Positions 8,993 through 19,992 are shown, counted from the stretch's first letter. The stretch: 64,000 nucleotides of DNA from Thermoanaerobaculales bacterium (GCA_035358815.1 DAOPQC010000009.1:2405-66404); one strand, 5' to 3'. The notes: generated by a model not told the origin, from the letters alone. Numbers and translations: made by a program.

Positions 8993-10267
8993 ATGGGAAC
9001 CGAGGCACTGGAGAAGAAGCGCTGGGTGATCGCGATCGCCGCCGTCGTCATGCAGCTGTGCCTGGGCACGGTCTACGCGTGGTCGGTGTTCAAGATCCCG
9101 CTCAAGCAGGCCCATGGCTGGGCCGAGACCCCGACCCAGGTCACCTTCATGATCTGCATCGGCATGATCGGCCTCTCCGCCGCCTTCGGCGGGATGCTGG
9201 TCGACAAGAAGGGGCCGCGGTTCGTGGCCACGCTCGGCGGCATCCTGTTCGGGGTCGGCACGCTGCTGGCGGGCCTGGCCGATCAGGTCGGCAACCTGTG
9301 GCTGCTCTACCTCGGCTTCGGCCTGATCGCCGGCCTGGGCAACGGCTTCGGCTACGTCACGCCGATCGCCACCCTGATCCGCTGGTTCCCGGACAAGCGC
9401 GGCCTGGTGACTGGCCTCGCAGTCATGGGCTTCGGCGCCGGCGCGTTCTTCATGGGCCGCATCGCGCCGCAGATGATCGCCAGCCACCAGGTCAAGGACC
9501 AGGCCGGCGCGGTGATCGCCTCCGGCGTCGCTCCCACCTTCTACATCTGGGGCCTCATCTTCCTGGTGGCGGTGACGGCCGCCGCCCAGCTGTTCAAGAA
9601 CCCGCCCGCCGGCTGGCTGCCGGCCGGCTTCACGCCGCCCGCCAAGACGGTGTCGGCGGCCGACTCGCGCAACCTGGCCGAGGCCGTCCGCACGCCGCAG
9701 TGGTGGATGCTGTGGGCCATGCTGTTCCTCAACATCTCGGCCGGGCTCGGGCTGCTGTCGCAGCTGTCGCCCATGGCCCAGGAGTTGCTCAAGGTCAAGA
9801 TCAGCGACCCGGCCAAGCTCGCGATCGCCGGCGGCACCATCCTCGCCATTGCCTCGATCTTCAACGGCCTCGGCCGGCTGTTCTGGGCCTGGCTGTCCGA
9901 CGGCATCGGCCGCAAGGCGGTGTTCGTGACCATGTTCATCACCCAGGCCATCCTCTACGTGTTCCTGCCCCAGGTGGCCACGGCGACGCTGTTCGCGATC
10001 ATCGCCTGCTACCTGCTGGCCTGCTATGGCGGCGGCTTCGCCACCATGCCGGCCTTTGCCGCGGACAGCTTCGGGCCGGCCTGCATCGGCCGGGTCTACG
10101 GCACCATGCTCACCGCCTGGGGCGTGGCCGGGGTGGTCGGGCCCCTGGTCTTCGCCCAGCTCAAGAAGCAGCAGGCCCTGTACGTGGCCGCCGGCCTGCT
10201 GACCGTCGGCCTGGTGATCGCCATCGCCTATCGCCGTCCGGCGCCCAAGCCGGTTGCGGCGACGTAG
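8993..10267 (+). CDS. MFS transporter, oxalate/formate antiporter (OFA) family
   Basis: ATG 8993 follows aaggaaaggggga. 12 TM-type hydrophobic profile. N-terminal LGTVYAWSVF motif characteristic of OFA-family MFS proteins. Confidence 0.8.
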   Translation: MGTEALEKKRWVIAIAAVVMQLCLGTVYAWSVFKIPLKQAHGWAETPTQVTFMICIGMIGLSAAFGGMLVDKKGPRFVATLGGILFGVGTLLAGLADQVGNLWLLYLGFGLIAGLGNGFGYVTPIATLIRWFPDKRGLVTGLAVMGFGAGAFFMGRIAPQMIASHQVKDQAGAVIASGVAPTFYIWGLIFLVAVTAAAQLFKNPPAGWLPAGFTPPAKTVSAADSRNLAEAVRTPQWWMLWAMLFLNISAGLGLLSQLSPMAQELLKVKISDPAKLAIAGGTILAIASIFNGLGRLFWAWLSDGIGRKAVFVTMFITQAILYVFLPQVATATLFAIIACYLLACYGGGFATMPAFAADSFGPACIGRVYGTMLTAWGVAGVVGPLVFAQLKKQQALYVAAGLLTVGLVIAIAYRRPAPKPVAAT

Positions 10268-11471
10268 CGGCCGGCACGGCAGGCTCGCCGTGCCGTCCGG
10301 CTCATGGTCCGGCCCGGAGCCGCCGCGGCCGGGCCCCGTCGAGCGGGGCGAGCGCCCCGCTCGACGGTTGTTCGGGCCAGGGTGGCTGGTGGTCGGCAGC
10401 CGGCAGGATCGGGCCGAACGGGTGGAGCTGGCGGCCGCGGTCCTGCGCCGCCTGGCACCCGGGCGGCGGATCGCCGGGGTGATGGTGACGACAACGGCCG
10501 CCGACGGCGCCGGCGGCCTGCCGGCCGGCGGCTACTCCCTGCTCGAGGACGAGCAGCCGGAACCGGGAACCGCCCCGTTCGCGATGCGGCAGGCCGGAGC
10601 GCAGCGGGTGCTGTCGCTGCGGTCGCACCCCGACGCGCTCGCCGCCGGCTTCGCCGCGGCGGTGGCGCGCCTCGGACCCGGCGCCCTCGTGGTGGCCGCC
10701 TCCAACGCGCTGCGGCGGGTCGTGGACCCCGACCTGTTCCTCATGGTCGGCCGGCCGGGCGATGCCGCGGCCTGGCCGGCGGCAGGGGAGGTCGCGCACC
10801 TGGTCGACCGTTGGGTGGATCGGCGGGCAGCGGCGGCCGAGCTTGCGCCCGCCGGGCTGGCGGTCGCCGGGGGGCGCTGGATCCTGCCGGAGCCGGCCAC
10901 CGCCATCGTCCTCGCCGGCGGGCAGAGCCGCCGCATGGGCGTCGACAAGCGATTCCTGCGGCTTCATGACCGCCCCCTCCTGGAGCGCGTCGTTGCCACC
11001 CTGCGACCGTTGGTGGGCGAGGTCGTGATCGGCGCCAACGACCCCGAGCTCGGCCGTTCCCTCGGCCTGCGCACGATCGCCGACCGGGTGCCGGGCGAGG
11101 GCCCCCTGATGGCGCTCGCCTCGGCGCTCGAGGCCACCACGAGCGACCGCAACCTGCTGGTCGCGTGCGACCTGCCGGAGATCCCGGCATCGCTGGTGAC
11201 GGCCCTGCTCGCCGCCGCCCTGACCGCCGAGGCGGTGGTGCCGGTCGGCGCGGACGGCCTGCGGGAGCCGCTGCTGGCGGTCTACCGGCGGCGCCTGCTC
11301 GGCGACGCGAATGCCCTGCTCGCGGGCGGCGAGCGCCGGCTGTGGTGGCTCGCCGAGGGCTGCCGCACGGCCTTCCTCGAGCTGTCCCGCTTCGGCATCG
11401 ATCGGCTGCCCAACCTCAACACCCGCGACGATTTCGAGCGGTACCTGGAGGGCGGCGACCCGGCCCGCTGA
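10254..11471 (+). CDS. mobA: Molybdenum cofactor guanylyltransferase MobA with ~200-aa N-terminal extension (possible degenerate MobB-like domain)
   Basis: The C-terminal half has AIVLAGGQSRRMGVDKRFL, GPLMAL and LLVACDLP, which are MobA signature blocks. N-terminal half is of unclear function. Start codon uncertain. Confidence 0.7.
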   Translation: MRRRSGRHGRLAVPSGSWSGPEPPRPGPVERGERPARRLFGPGWLVVGSRQDRAERVELAAAVLRRLAPGRRIAGVMVTTTAADGAGGLPAGGYSLLEDEQPEPGTAPFAMRQAGAQRVLSLRSHPDALAAGFAAAVARLGPGALVVAASNALRRVVDPDLFLMVGRPGDAAAWPAAGEVAHLVDRWVDRRAAAAELAPAGLAVAGGRWILPEPATAIVLAGGQSRRMGVDKRFLRLHDRPLLERVVATLRPLVGEVVIGANDPELGRSLGLRTIADRVPGEGPLMALASALEATTSDRNLLVACDLPEIPASLVTALLAAALTAEAVVPVGADGLREPLLAVYRRRLLGDANALLAGGERRLWWLAEGCRTAFLELSRFGIDRLPNLNTRDDFERYLEGGDPAR

Positions 11472-11537
11472 GGCCGGCGGCCACGCCGCCGAGGATCGCT
11501 GCCACGCGCAGGCGCAGGCCGGGAGGGGGCGCGCCGG

Positions 11538-13538
11538 TCAGTCGGGCGGGCCCGCCGCCGGGGCGGGGAGCTCGACCGTGACCAAGGTGCCGCGGCCCTC
11601 CTCGCTCTGGACCCGGACCTGGCCGCCGTGCTTCTCGACCACGTCCTGGACGATGCGCAGGCCGAGCCCGGTGCCGGGCTCGTCGGACCGGCGGGCATTG
11701 CTGGCGCGGAAGAACTCGCTGAACAGCCGGCCCTGCTCCTCCTTGGGGATGCCGATGCCGGTGTCGCGGACGGTGAGCACCACGCCGCCTGCCGGGCTGC
11801 GGTCCAGCGCCACCTCAACCTCGCCGCCAGCGGGCGTGTACTTGAGGGCGTTCGAGACCAGGTTCTCGAGCACCTGCTCGAGCTGGTGCGGGTCGCCGCT
11901 GACCAGCGGGAGGCCGTCGGCTGCCGTCAGGCGAAGCGTGAGCCGGCGCTCGGCGGCCTGCTCGCGGAAGTGGGCATCGACCCGCGCGGCGAGCTCGCCG
12001 AGATCGAGCGGCTCGTGCCGCGTCGACATCCCGGGGAGGCGGTCGCGGGCAAGGGTCAGGACCTCGCCGACCCCCGTGTCGAGGCCGCGCAGGCGGCGGA
12101 TCACCCGATCGAGGTGGTCGACCTGGCGCTGCGTCAGGCTGTCCAGGTAGCCCTCGCGCAGGAGGTGGAGCATGCTCACTCCGGCCGCCAGCGGCGCCCG
12201 CATGTTGTGGGCGACGCGGAACATGAACTGGAGGCGTTCATCCAGCAGCCGCTGCACCTCGGCGTGCCGGCGGGCGTGGTCGATGGCGATCGCCGACAGC
12301 TCGGCCGCCAGGCGGAGGAAGTCGGCATCGGCCGGGCTGAAGCTGTCGGGCCGGTCGGAGTAGGCGCCGAGAATCCCGGTCACGCGGTTGTGGACCTTGA
12401 GCGGCGCCAGCGTCACCGAGCGGATGCCGAGGCGGGCCAGCGCCTCCTGCTCCTGCGACGGGCTGCCGAACCCGATCTCGCCGGTGACCAGGGTCTCGCC
12501 CTCGATGACGCGCCGGTTGAGCGGGTTGCGGGCGATCTCGACCACCCTCTCCGCGAGGAACTCCTGCGGCAGGCCGTGCACCGCCACGTAGCGCAGCGCC
12601 TTGCCGTCCTCGTCCAGCAGCTTGACCGACACTCCGCGAACCTGCATCACCTCCGCCAGGCTCGAGCTCAAGAGGTCGAGGACGCGGCGCAGGTCGGTCT
12701 CGGAGCCGAGGACCGTCAGCACGGTGTAGGTGCTGCTGAGGCGCTGGTTGAGGGCCGCGATCTCGTCCCGGCTCTCCGCCAGCCCGATCACCCGCTTGCG
12801 CAGCGAGGCCATGATCTGGGCGGCGGCGACCGCGACGATGAGCACGGATGCCGCGAAGAAGGTCAGCTGGGCGGCGACGTGGCCCGGGCTGTCGAGGAAG
12901 TTGACGGTCTGGCCGCGGAACAGCAGCGGGTGCGAGTCGATGAAGCCCATGCCCTCCGCGATCGCCTCCAGGGCCATGCCGCCGGCAGCCACGCCGGCGA
13001 ACAGGTAGGCGGTCGACGCACGGAACAGGATCGCCGCGAACACGACATGGGGCAGGAAGAAGAAGATCAGCGGGCTGGCCGCGCCCCCGGTGAAGTGGAC
13101 CAGCAGGAAGACGGCCGCGTAGTCGAGGGCCACCTGGAGCAGGGCGTAGAGGCGGTCGGGAGACGGGACGTCCTCGCCGACCGCCCGCGCCCGCACCGAG
13201 GCGACCGCGAACGGGATGTTGTAGAGCAGGATGCCGACGGCCACGGTCAGGATCGGCCTGACCTCGACTCTGAAGCCGAGCCACCAGGAGACGGCGAGGG
13301 CGAGGACGATCGCCGGCGGCACCCACCAGCGCAGGCTCACCTGCCACAGCGCGCGCCGCGTCCAGGTGCGGCTGATCAGGCGGTCGCCGTAGAGGAGCTC
13401 CGGCCGGCGGGCGCCGCGGCCCGAGCCCGCGGGCGACCCGGCGCCGGCCGGAGAGCCACCCGTCACCGGCACCGGACCCCTCCCCCGAGCCGCTCTGCCC
13501 GGCAGTCGCGATGCCCGTTCACGCCCCCAGGGTAGCAA
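11538..13538 (-). CDS. Membrane sensor histidine kinase with GAF domain
   Basis: 5-6 N-terminal TM helices and a GAF-like middle region. H-box HNMRAPL, N-box NLVSNALKYT, G1 DTGIGI, G2 GTGLGL. The annotated start is a TTG, so the true start is uncertain. Confidence 0.8.
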   Translation of the reverse strand: MLPWGRERASRLPGRAARGRGPVPVTGGSPAGAGSPAGSGRGARRPELLYGDRLISRTWTRRALWQVSLRWWVPPAIVLALAVSWWLGFRVEVRPILTVAVGILLYNIPFAVASVRARAVGEDVPSPDRLYALLQVALDYAAVFLLVHFTGGAASPLIFFFLPHVVFAAILFRASTAYLFAGVAAGGMALEAIAEGMGFIDSHPLLFRGQTVNFLDSPGHVAAQLTFFAASVLIVAVAAAQIMASLRKRVIGLAESRDEIAALNQRLSSTYTVLTVLGSETDLRRVLDLLSSSLAEVMQVRGVSVKLLDEDGKALRYVAVHGLPQEFLAERVVEIARNPLNRRVIEGETLVTGEIGFGSPSQEQEALARLGIRSVTLAPLKVHNRVTGILGAYSDRPDSFSPADADFLRLAAELSAIAIDHARRHAEVQRLLDERLQFMFRVAHNMRAPLAAGVSMLHLLREGYLDSLTQRQVDHLDRVIRRLRGLDTGVGEVLTLARDRLPGMSTRHEPLDLGELAARVDAHFREQAAERRLTLRLTAADGLPLVSGDPHQLEQVLENLVSNALKYTPAGGEVEVALDRSPAGGVVLTVRDTGIGIPKEEQGRLFSEFFRASNARRSDEPGTGLGLRIVQDVVEKHGGQVRVQSEEGRGTLVTVELPAPAAGPPD

Positions 13539-13725
13539 GTGTGGGGGCTGCCGTCACCGCAAGCTCGCCTGGCGTCGCGAGGAAGGTCCGATTCCTGCGA
13601 CGGCTTCGCCGGTGCTAGACTCTGCACCGGATACGGACACGTCCTGCTCGGCGCTCCCCGGCGATGCGCGGCCAGGCGCGCCGCGGGGGCTCACCGAGGG
13701 GGCGTGGATCGAGGGGGAGGTTGGC

Positions 13726-14838
13726 ATGAGTCATCGCGGGACGGCACGGTGGATGCTGGTTGTGGCGGCGGGACTGATGCTGGGTCTGTTCTCGAGCCGG
13801 GCCCAGGCGCAGTGGCAGGTCGCCTCTGCCGACGGCAGCTCGACGCTCAAGCTGGGCGTGCTGCTGCAGCCGCAGGGGGAGATCATCGAGACCGCGGACG
13901 CCGAGGACCACTCGCAGAACCTCTTTCTGCGGCGGGCCCGCATCCTGCTCGGCGGCACCTACTCCGAGCGGTGGTCGTTCTTCCTCGAGACCGACAGCCC
14001 CAACCTGGGCAAGAGCAAGAGCGACGGCAGCAAGACCACCGACCTCTTCATCCAGGACGTGTTCGTGACCTACTCGACCGGGGACAAGTTCAAGATCGAC
14101 GCCGGCATGATGCTGATGCCGCTCTCCCACAACCACGAGACCTCGGCCGGCATGCTGCTGCCGGTGGACTACGGCCCGTACACCTTCGTCCAGTCGGACC
14201 CGCTGACCGAGAAGGTGGGCCGCGACTACGGCATCCAGGCCCGCGGCTACCTTCTCGACAAGCACTTCGAGTACCGGGTCGGCGCCTTCCAGGGCTACCG
14301 CGGCAGCGACCTGGCCGGCGGCAGCGGCGCCGGCACCGAGCCGTTCCGGGTCACCGCCCGGGCCGTGTGGTACCCGTTCGAGGCGGAGACCGGCTACTTC
14401 TACACCGGCGCGAGCCTCGGGGCGAAGAAGATCCTCGCCGTCGGCGCCACCTACGACGTTCAAAGCTCGTACTCGACGATCGCCGCCGACCTGTTCTACG
14501 ACCAGCCCATCGCCAGCGGCGCGGTGACCTTCCAGGCCGACTGGGCCAGCATCGACGGCGACGACTTCCTGCTGTCGCTGCCCGAGCAGGACACCTGGCT
14601 GATCGAGGCGTCGTACTACCACAAGGAGACGCGGCTCGGGCCCTACCTGCAGCTCGCCTCGCGCAGCTACGCGCTCGAGGACGCGTCCCACGCGGACGAG
14701 GAGCGGATGCAGGCCGGCCTGGCCTGGTGGCTGAGCGGCCACAAGATCAACGTCAAGGGCGCCTGGACCAGGATCACCAAGGACGGCGCCCCGGATCGCG
14801 ACCAGGCGCTGCTCCAGCTGCAGGTGTTCTGGTACTGA
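13726..14838 (+). CDS. Outer-membrane beta-barrel porin (phosphate-selective porin O/P-like)
   Basis: ATG 13726 follows gagggggagg. Signal peptide ...SSRAQAQ. Alternating beta-strand pattern. C-terminal aromatic residues ...LQVFWY. Confidence 0.65.
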   Translation: MSHRGTARWMLVVAAGLMLGLFSSRAQAQWQVASADGSSTLKLGVLLQPQGEIIETADAEDHSQNLFLRRARILLGGTYSERWSFFLETDSPNLGKSKSDGSKTTDLFIQDVFVTYSTGDKFKIDAGMMLMPLSHNHETSAGMLLPVDYGPYTFVQSDPLTEKVGRDYGIQARGYLLDKHFEYRVGAFQGYRGSDLAGGSGAGTEPFRVTARAVWYPFEAETGYFYTGASLGAKKILAVGATYDVQSSYSTIAADLFYDQPIASGAVTFQADWASIDGDDFLLSLPEQDTWLIEASYYHKETRLGPYLQLASRSYALEDASHADEERMQAGLAWWLSGHKINVKGAWTRITKDGAPDRDQALLQLQVFWY

Positions 14839-14843
14839 CGGCG

Positions 14844-15437
14844 ATGCCCCACAACCCGGCGCCTGACGCCGACCGAGCCTGGCAGGAGCTGCTGACCGGC
14901 AACCGTCGCTTCGCGGCGGGCGCCCCCCGGCACCCCCGGCAGTCGGTTGCCCGCCGGGCGGAGATCGTGGCCGGGCAGCACCCGTTCGCGGTCGTGGTCG
15001 GTTGCGCGGACTCGCGGGTGCCGCCGGAGATTCTCTTCGACTGCGGCCTCGGCGACCTGTTCGTGCTGCGGGACGCCGGCAACGTTCTCGACGAGGTCGG
15101 GGAGGCCTCTCTCGAGTACGCGGTCGAGCACCTCGCGGTGCGGCTGGTGGTGGTGCTCGGTCACAGCGGCTGCGGCGCGCTCACCGCCGTCATCGAAGGC
15201 GCTCCGGTCGAGGGCCACCTCGTCCGCCTGGTCGAGCACCTGCGGCCGGCGGTGGAGCGGGCGGCGGCGAAGCCCGGGGATCTCCTGGACAACGCCGTGG
15301 TCGAGAACCTCCACAGCGAGGTCGCCCGGCTGCGGCGGCTCGAACCGGTGCTCGCCGGGCGGGTCGCCTCCGGGCAGGTGCGGATCATCGGCGCCCGCTA
15401 CGACCTGGGCAGCGGCCTGGTGACTCAGATCGTGTGA
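14844..15437 (+). CDS. Beta-class carbonic anhydrase
   Basis: ATG lies 5 nt after the porin stop. Zinc-ligand context VVVGCADSRVPPE ... LGHSGCGA (Cys-Asp-Arg / His-x-x-Cys). Confidence 0.85.
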   Translation: MPHNPAPDADRAWQELLTGNRRFAAGAPRHPRQSVARRAEIVAGQHPFAVVVGCADSRVPPEILFDCGLGDLFVLRDAGNVLDEVGEASLEYAVEHLAVRLVVVLGHSGCGALTAVIEGAPVEGHLVRLVEHLRPAVERAAAKPGDLLDNAVVENLHSEVARLRRLEPVLAGRVASGQVRIIGARYDLGSGLVTQIV

Positions 15438-15509
15438 ACGGCCGGCGCGCCGCCCGGGGGCTGGCCTCGGGCGCGCGGCGGCAGCGTGGCCGCGGCTCCC
15501 CGCGAGCGC

Positions 15510-17033
<1,524 letters not shown>

Positions 17034-17172
17034 CCCTTCGCGGACAGTCAGCTCGCGGTCGCCTTCACCCACATGCAGGTGTGTACCCTTTTCAGGTGTT
17101 CCTGTCAACCATATTTGGGTGCTGTTGTTGTGTGCAAATGCCAAAATATTGAAATGAATGATGTTGCGGACC

Positions 17173-17188
17173 TGGCGTGAGTCTTGCT
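17173..17188 (+). promoter_or_regulatory. Candidate sigma-54 (-24/-12) promoter for the USP gene
   Basis: TGGCGT-gagtc-TTGCT has GG-N10-GC spacing matching TGGCAC-N5-TTGCW. It lies in an unusually AT-rich gap, ~68 nt upstream of ATG 17256 and divergent from a sigma-54 activator. Confidence 0.5.
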
Positions 17189-17255
17189 GAAGGCGAGTGC
17201 TGGGCGAGACGAATGACCATCGGAGCACGGCTCGCCGGCAACCGGGAGGTGCACG

Positions 17256-17744
17256 ATGTACGACACAGCACTCATGCCGTTGACCGAAACCGACCGCGAC
17301 GAGGCGACCCTGGCGCATCTGCAGTCGATGCTCGACCACAGGGGCATCGGGAAGGTGGTCCTGGTCAGGGTGGTGCAGCCGCCGCCGGTCACGGCGGTCG
17401 ACTACGCGCTCGATCCGGCGGTGGTCGCCGGGCTCGAGAAGGACCTGCGCCGACGGGCGGCGTCGTACCTGGAGTCGGTCGCCAGGCGGATCGACTGGCG
17501 GGGTGCCGGGCACGCGATCGAGGTCGTGCTCGGTGAGCCGGCCGAGGAGCTGGCACGGCTCGCCGAAGGCCGCGGGGCCGACCTGATCCTGCTCGCGCCC
17601 GATCCGCCGAGCGGCATCCAGCGCTGGTTCCGCGGCAACCTGCTCGACCGCCTGATGGGTTCGGCCCGGGTTCCGATCACCGTGCTGAGCGGACCGGCCC
17701 CCTGGAGGCGGTCGCAGGCCCGCGCCCCGCGCACCGCGGCGTAG
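17256..17744 (+). CDS. Universal stress protein (UspA) family protein
   Basis: RBS gggagg. USP-like layout: ...VLVRVV..., GEPAEELARLAEGRGADLILL, and GSARVPITVL near the C-terminus. Confidence 0.7.
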   Translation: MYDTALMPLTETDRDEATLAHLQSMLDHRGIGKVVLVRVVQPPPVTAVDYALDPAVVAGLEKDLRRRAASYLESVARRIDWRGAGHAIEVVLGEPAEELARLAEGRGADLILLAPDPPSGIQRWFRGNLLDRLMGSARVPITVLSGPAPWRRSQARAPRTAA

Positions 17745-17807
17745 ACAAAGGAATCGGCGTTCGCGGGCGCACCCGGTCTCGGGCGCGCCCGCGACGCGTT
17801 TCCGTGC

Positions 17808-18164
17808 TCAGAGCGCCACGATCTGCTTGAAGCCGCCCCAGAACATCCGCTTGCCGTCGAACGGCATCTTGGACATGTCCATGTTGGCGAACCGGGGGTC
17901 CTTCATGATCTTGGCGTTGACCTGGTCGCGGTGCTTGCGCGAGCGGTAGACGACGTACGCGAAGACCACGGTCTCGTCGCGCTTGAGCTTGACGCTCTGC
18001 GGGAACGAGGTCAGCTTGCCCGGCTTCACGTCGTCGGCGACGCACTCGACGTACTCGAGCGCCCCGTACTCCTTGCAGACGGCGGCCATCTTGCGGGCGA
18101 GGCGGCGATAGGAGTCCAGCTTCGCCTTCTTGACCGGAACCACGAAACCATCGACGTAGTGCAT
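17808..18164 (-). CDS. DUF1428-family small protein
   Basis: MHYVDGFVVPVKKAKLDSYR...MPFDGKRMFWGGF pattern typical of DUF1428. Ordinary amino-acid composition. Confidence 0.7.
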   Translation of the reverse strand: MHYVDGFVVPVKKAKLDSYRRLARKMAAVCKEYGALEYVECVADDVKPGKLTSFPQSVKLKRDETVVFAYVVYRSRKHRDQVNAKIMKDPRFANMDMSKMPFDGKRMFWGGFKQIVAL

Positions 18165-18256
18165 GTTCCCTCCTGGTCGGGCGCCGGCCGTCGATCTGGC
18201 CGGCGCAGTTCATCGACGTGCTGGCACAACGATGTCTCCACTCCGGCTGAGACGGA

Positions 18257-18817
18257 TCAGGCCGGCCACAGCCAGCCGAAGGTGCCGGCGGTCACCAGGG
18301 CGTAGACCAGCCCGTCGGCGACGTGCTTCCAGGTCGTCGCCCAGGACTGTCCCCGCCAGATCGAGTCGGGAAGCTGGCCGATGCCGTAGGCGAGGAAGCT
18401 CGACGCCCCGACGACTCGGAACACCGCCAGGTAGTCGCTGCCGGGCATCAGCGTGCGGCCCGCCAGGTAGCCGGCGAAGAGGCTGATCACCAGGCAGTAG
18501 ATGAACCACATCACGGGCCCCTTCCCCATCTGCGGCGTGCCGGTGGGAAACACCGACATCACCCCGACCGGCCCGCGCTCGAACTTCGCCTTCATCTCGG
18601 GCGAGGAGCAGTCCTTCATGCTCGCCGCGTTCGGAAACATGTAGTCGCCCTTGGCGACCCTGGCGGCGCGCAGGGCCTCGAGGACGGCGTCCTCGTTCGG
18701 CAGCTTCCTGTAGTCGTTGCGGTGGATGGGCAGCACCATGTGGACGATCGCGCTGACGATGAAGACGAACACCGCCGAGAGCACGATCGGGAGCACCAGG
18801 GACATCAACGGCACCAT
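18257..18817 (-). CDS. Hypothetical integral membrane protein (4 predicted TM helices)
   Basis: Hydrophobic N-terminal helix MVPLMSLVLPIVLSAVFVFIVSAIV plus three more helices. Non-biased composition compared with overlapping frames. Confidence 0.5.
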   Translation of the reverse strand: MVPLMSLVLPIVLSAVFVFIVSAIVHMVLPIHRNDYRKLPNEDAVLEALRAARVAKGDYMFPNAASMKDCSSPEMKAKFERGPVGVMSVFPTGTPQMGKGPVMWFIYCLVISLFAGYLAGRTLMPGSDYLAVFRVVGASSFLAYGIGQLPDSIWRGQSWATTWKHVADGLVYALVTAGTFGWLWPA

Positions 18818-19038
18818 GGACGATCTCCTTTCACGGCCGGCAGCTGCCCAGCGGTCACCGCCGCCGGCTCATCCGCGGCGTTCAGCAGACGCGGGCCTTC
18901 GGGGCTTGGTCATCTCCCTTCGAGAATGCCGAGAAGGTCTCGTGGTATTCCGCCGAAGAAGCGATCCGCTCGGTGGTGACCGGCCACGGTCTCGAGGCGG
19001 CCGGGAACTTCGTTCGCCTGGTCCTGTATATTTGGTGG

Positions 19039-19992
19039 GTGATCCTCCAACCGTGCGGAGCGTGGTGGAGCCGTGCCGGCCTCTCGCTGGTGGCGGCGCT
19101 GGCGGTCGGTGCGGCCTGTTCGTCGGCCGCGGACGAGGTGCCCGCCGCGGCCGCCGTGCCGGCCGCGCGGCCGGCGGACCTCGCCGGCTACCAGTGGCGC
19201 GACGTGGACGGGAAGCCGCTTCCCTTCCAGGACCACGGCGCGATCCTCGAGGCGCTGCGCTCGGCAACCGTCATCAGCCAAGAGAAGATTGGACGCGGGG
19301 TCGGTGGCGCGGAGAAGCTGGTGCTGGAGAGCGGGGGACGCCGCTTCCACGCGGCGTTTCGCAGCGTCGACGTGACCAAGCGGCCGCCGCCGACCGGGGG
19401 CACGACGAAGCCGACGATGAAGTACCGGGACGCGGCCGTTTTCGAGGTCGCGGCCTACGAGCTCAGCGAGCTGCTCGGCATGGGCCGGGTGCCGCCCGCG
19501 GTCGCACGCAGCATCGGCGGCAAGGCCGGCACCGTGCAGATCTGGATGGAGGGCACCACTCCAGAGGTGGTGCTGGTCGAGCGCGAGGAGCTGCAGCCGC
19601 CCGACCAGGTGCGCTGGCGCCGCCAGAAGCAGATCATGGTCGTCTTCGACACGCTGATCGCCAACACCGACCGTAACCAGGGAAACCTGCTGATCGACGA
19701 TCGCTGGAACATCTGGCTGATCGACCACACCCGCGCCTTCCGGCGGACTCCGGACCTCCTGTACGTCAAGCGGCTGGACACCTGCGAGCGGCGGCTGTGG
19801 ACCGCGCTCGTCCAGACCGACGAGGACGCGCTCTTGCAGGCCGTCGAGCCGCACCTGGAGCGCGCGGAGATCGTGTCACTGCTGCAGCGCCGGGCGAACC
19901 TGATTCGCCACTTCGAGAGGCTGATCAAGAAGCAGGGCGAAGACGCCGTCCTCTTCGACCTGTCCCCTCCGGGGGTCGGACACGCCGACTGA
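19039..19992 (+). CDS. Exported protein with PI3K/PI4K-like atypical kinase catalytic motifs
   Basis: Signal/lipoprotein-like N-terminus ...RAGLSLVAALAVGAACSS. Catalytic-loop-like NTDRNQGNLLID followed by WLIDHTRAF (DxxxxN ... ID-H/F-x arrangement). Start uncertain (GTG 19039 or ATG 18973). Confidence 0.45.
   Translation: MILQPCGAWWSRAGLSLVAALAVGAACSSAADEVPAAAAVPAARPADLAGYQWRDVDGKPLPFQDHGAILEALRSATVISQEKIGRGVGGAEKLVLESGGRRFHAAFRSVDVTKRPPPTGGTTKPTMKYRDAAVFEVAAYELSELLGMGRVPPAVARSIGGKAGTVQIWMEGTTPEVVLVEREELQPPDQVRWRRQKQIMVVFDTLIANTDRNQGNLLIDDRWNIWLIDHTRAFRRTPDLLYVKRLDTCERRLWTALVQTDEDALLQAVEPHLERAEIVSLLQRRANLIRHFERLIKKQGEDAVLFDLSPPGVGHAD

Noticed and set aside
17131-17146. Minus-strand TGGCAT-TTGCA near 17131-17146 as a sigma-54 promoter for the activator gene.
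   Set aside because: GG and GC are only 5 nt apart instead of 10, so the spacing is incompatible with a -24/-12 promoter.
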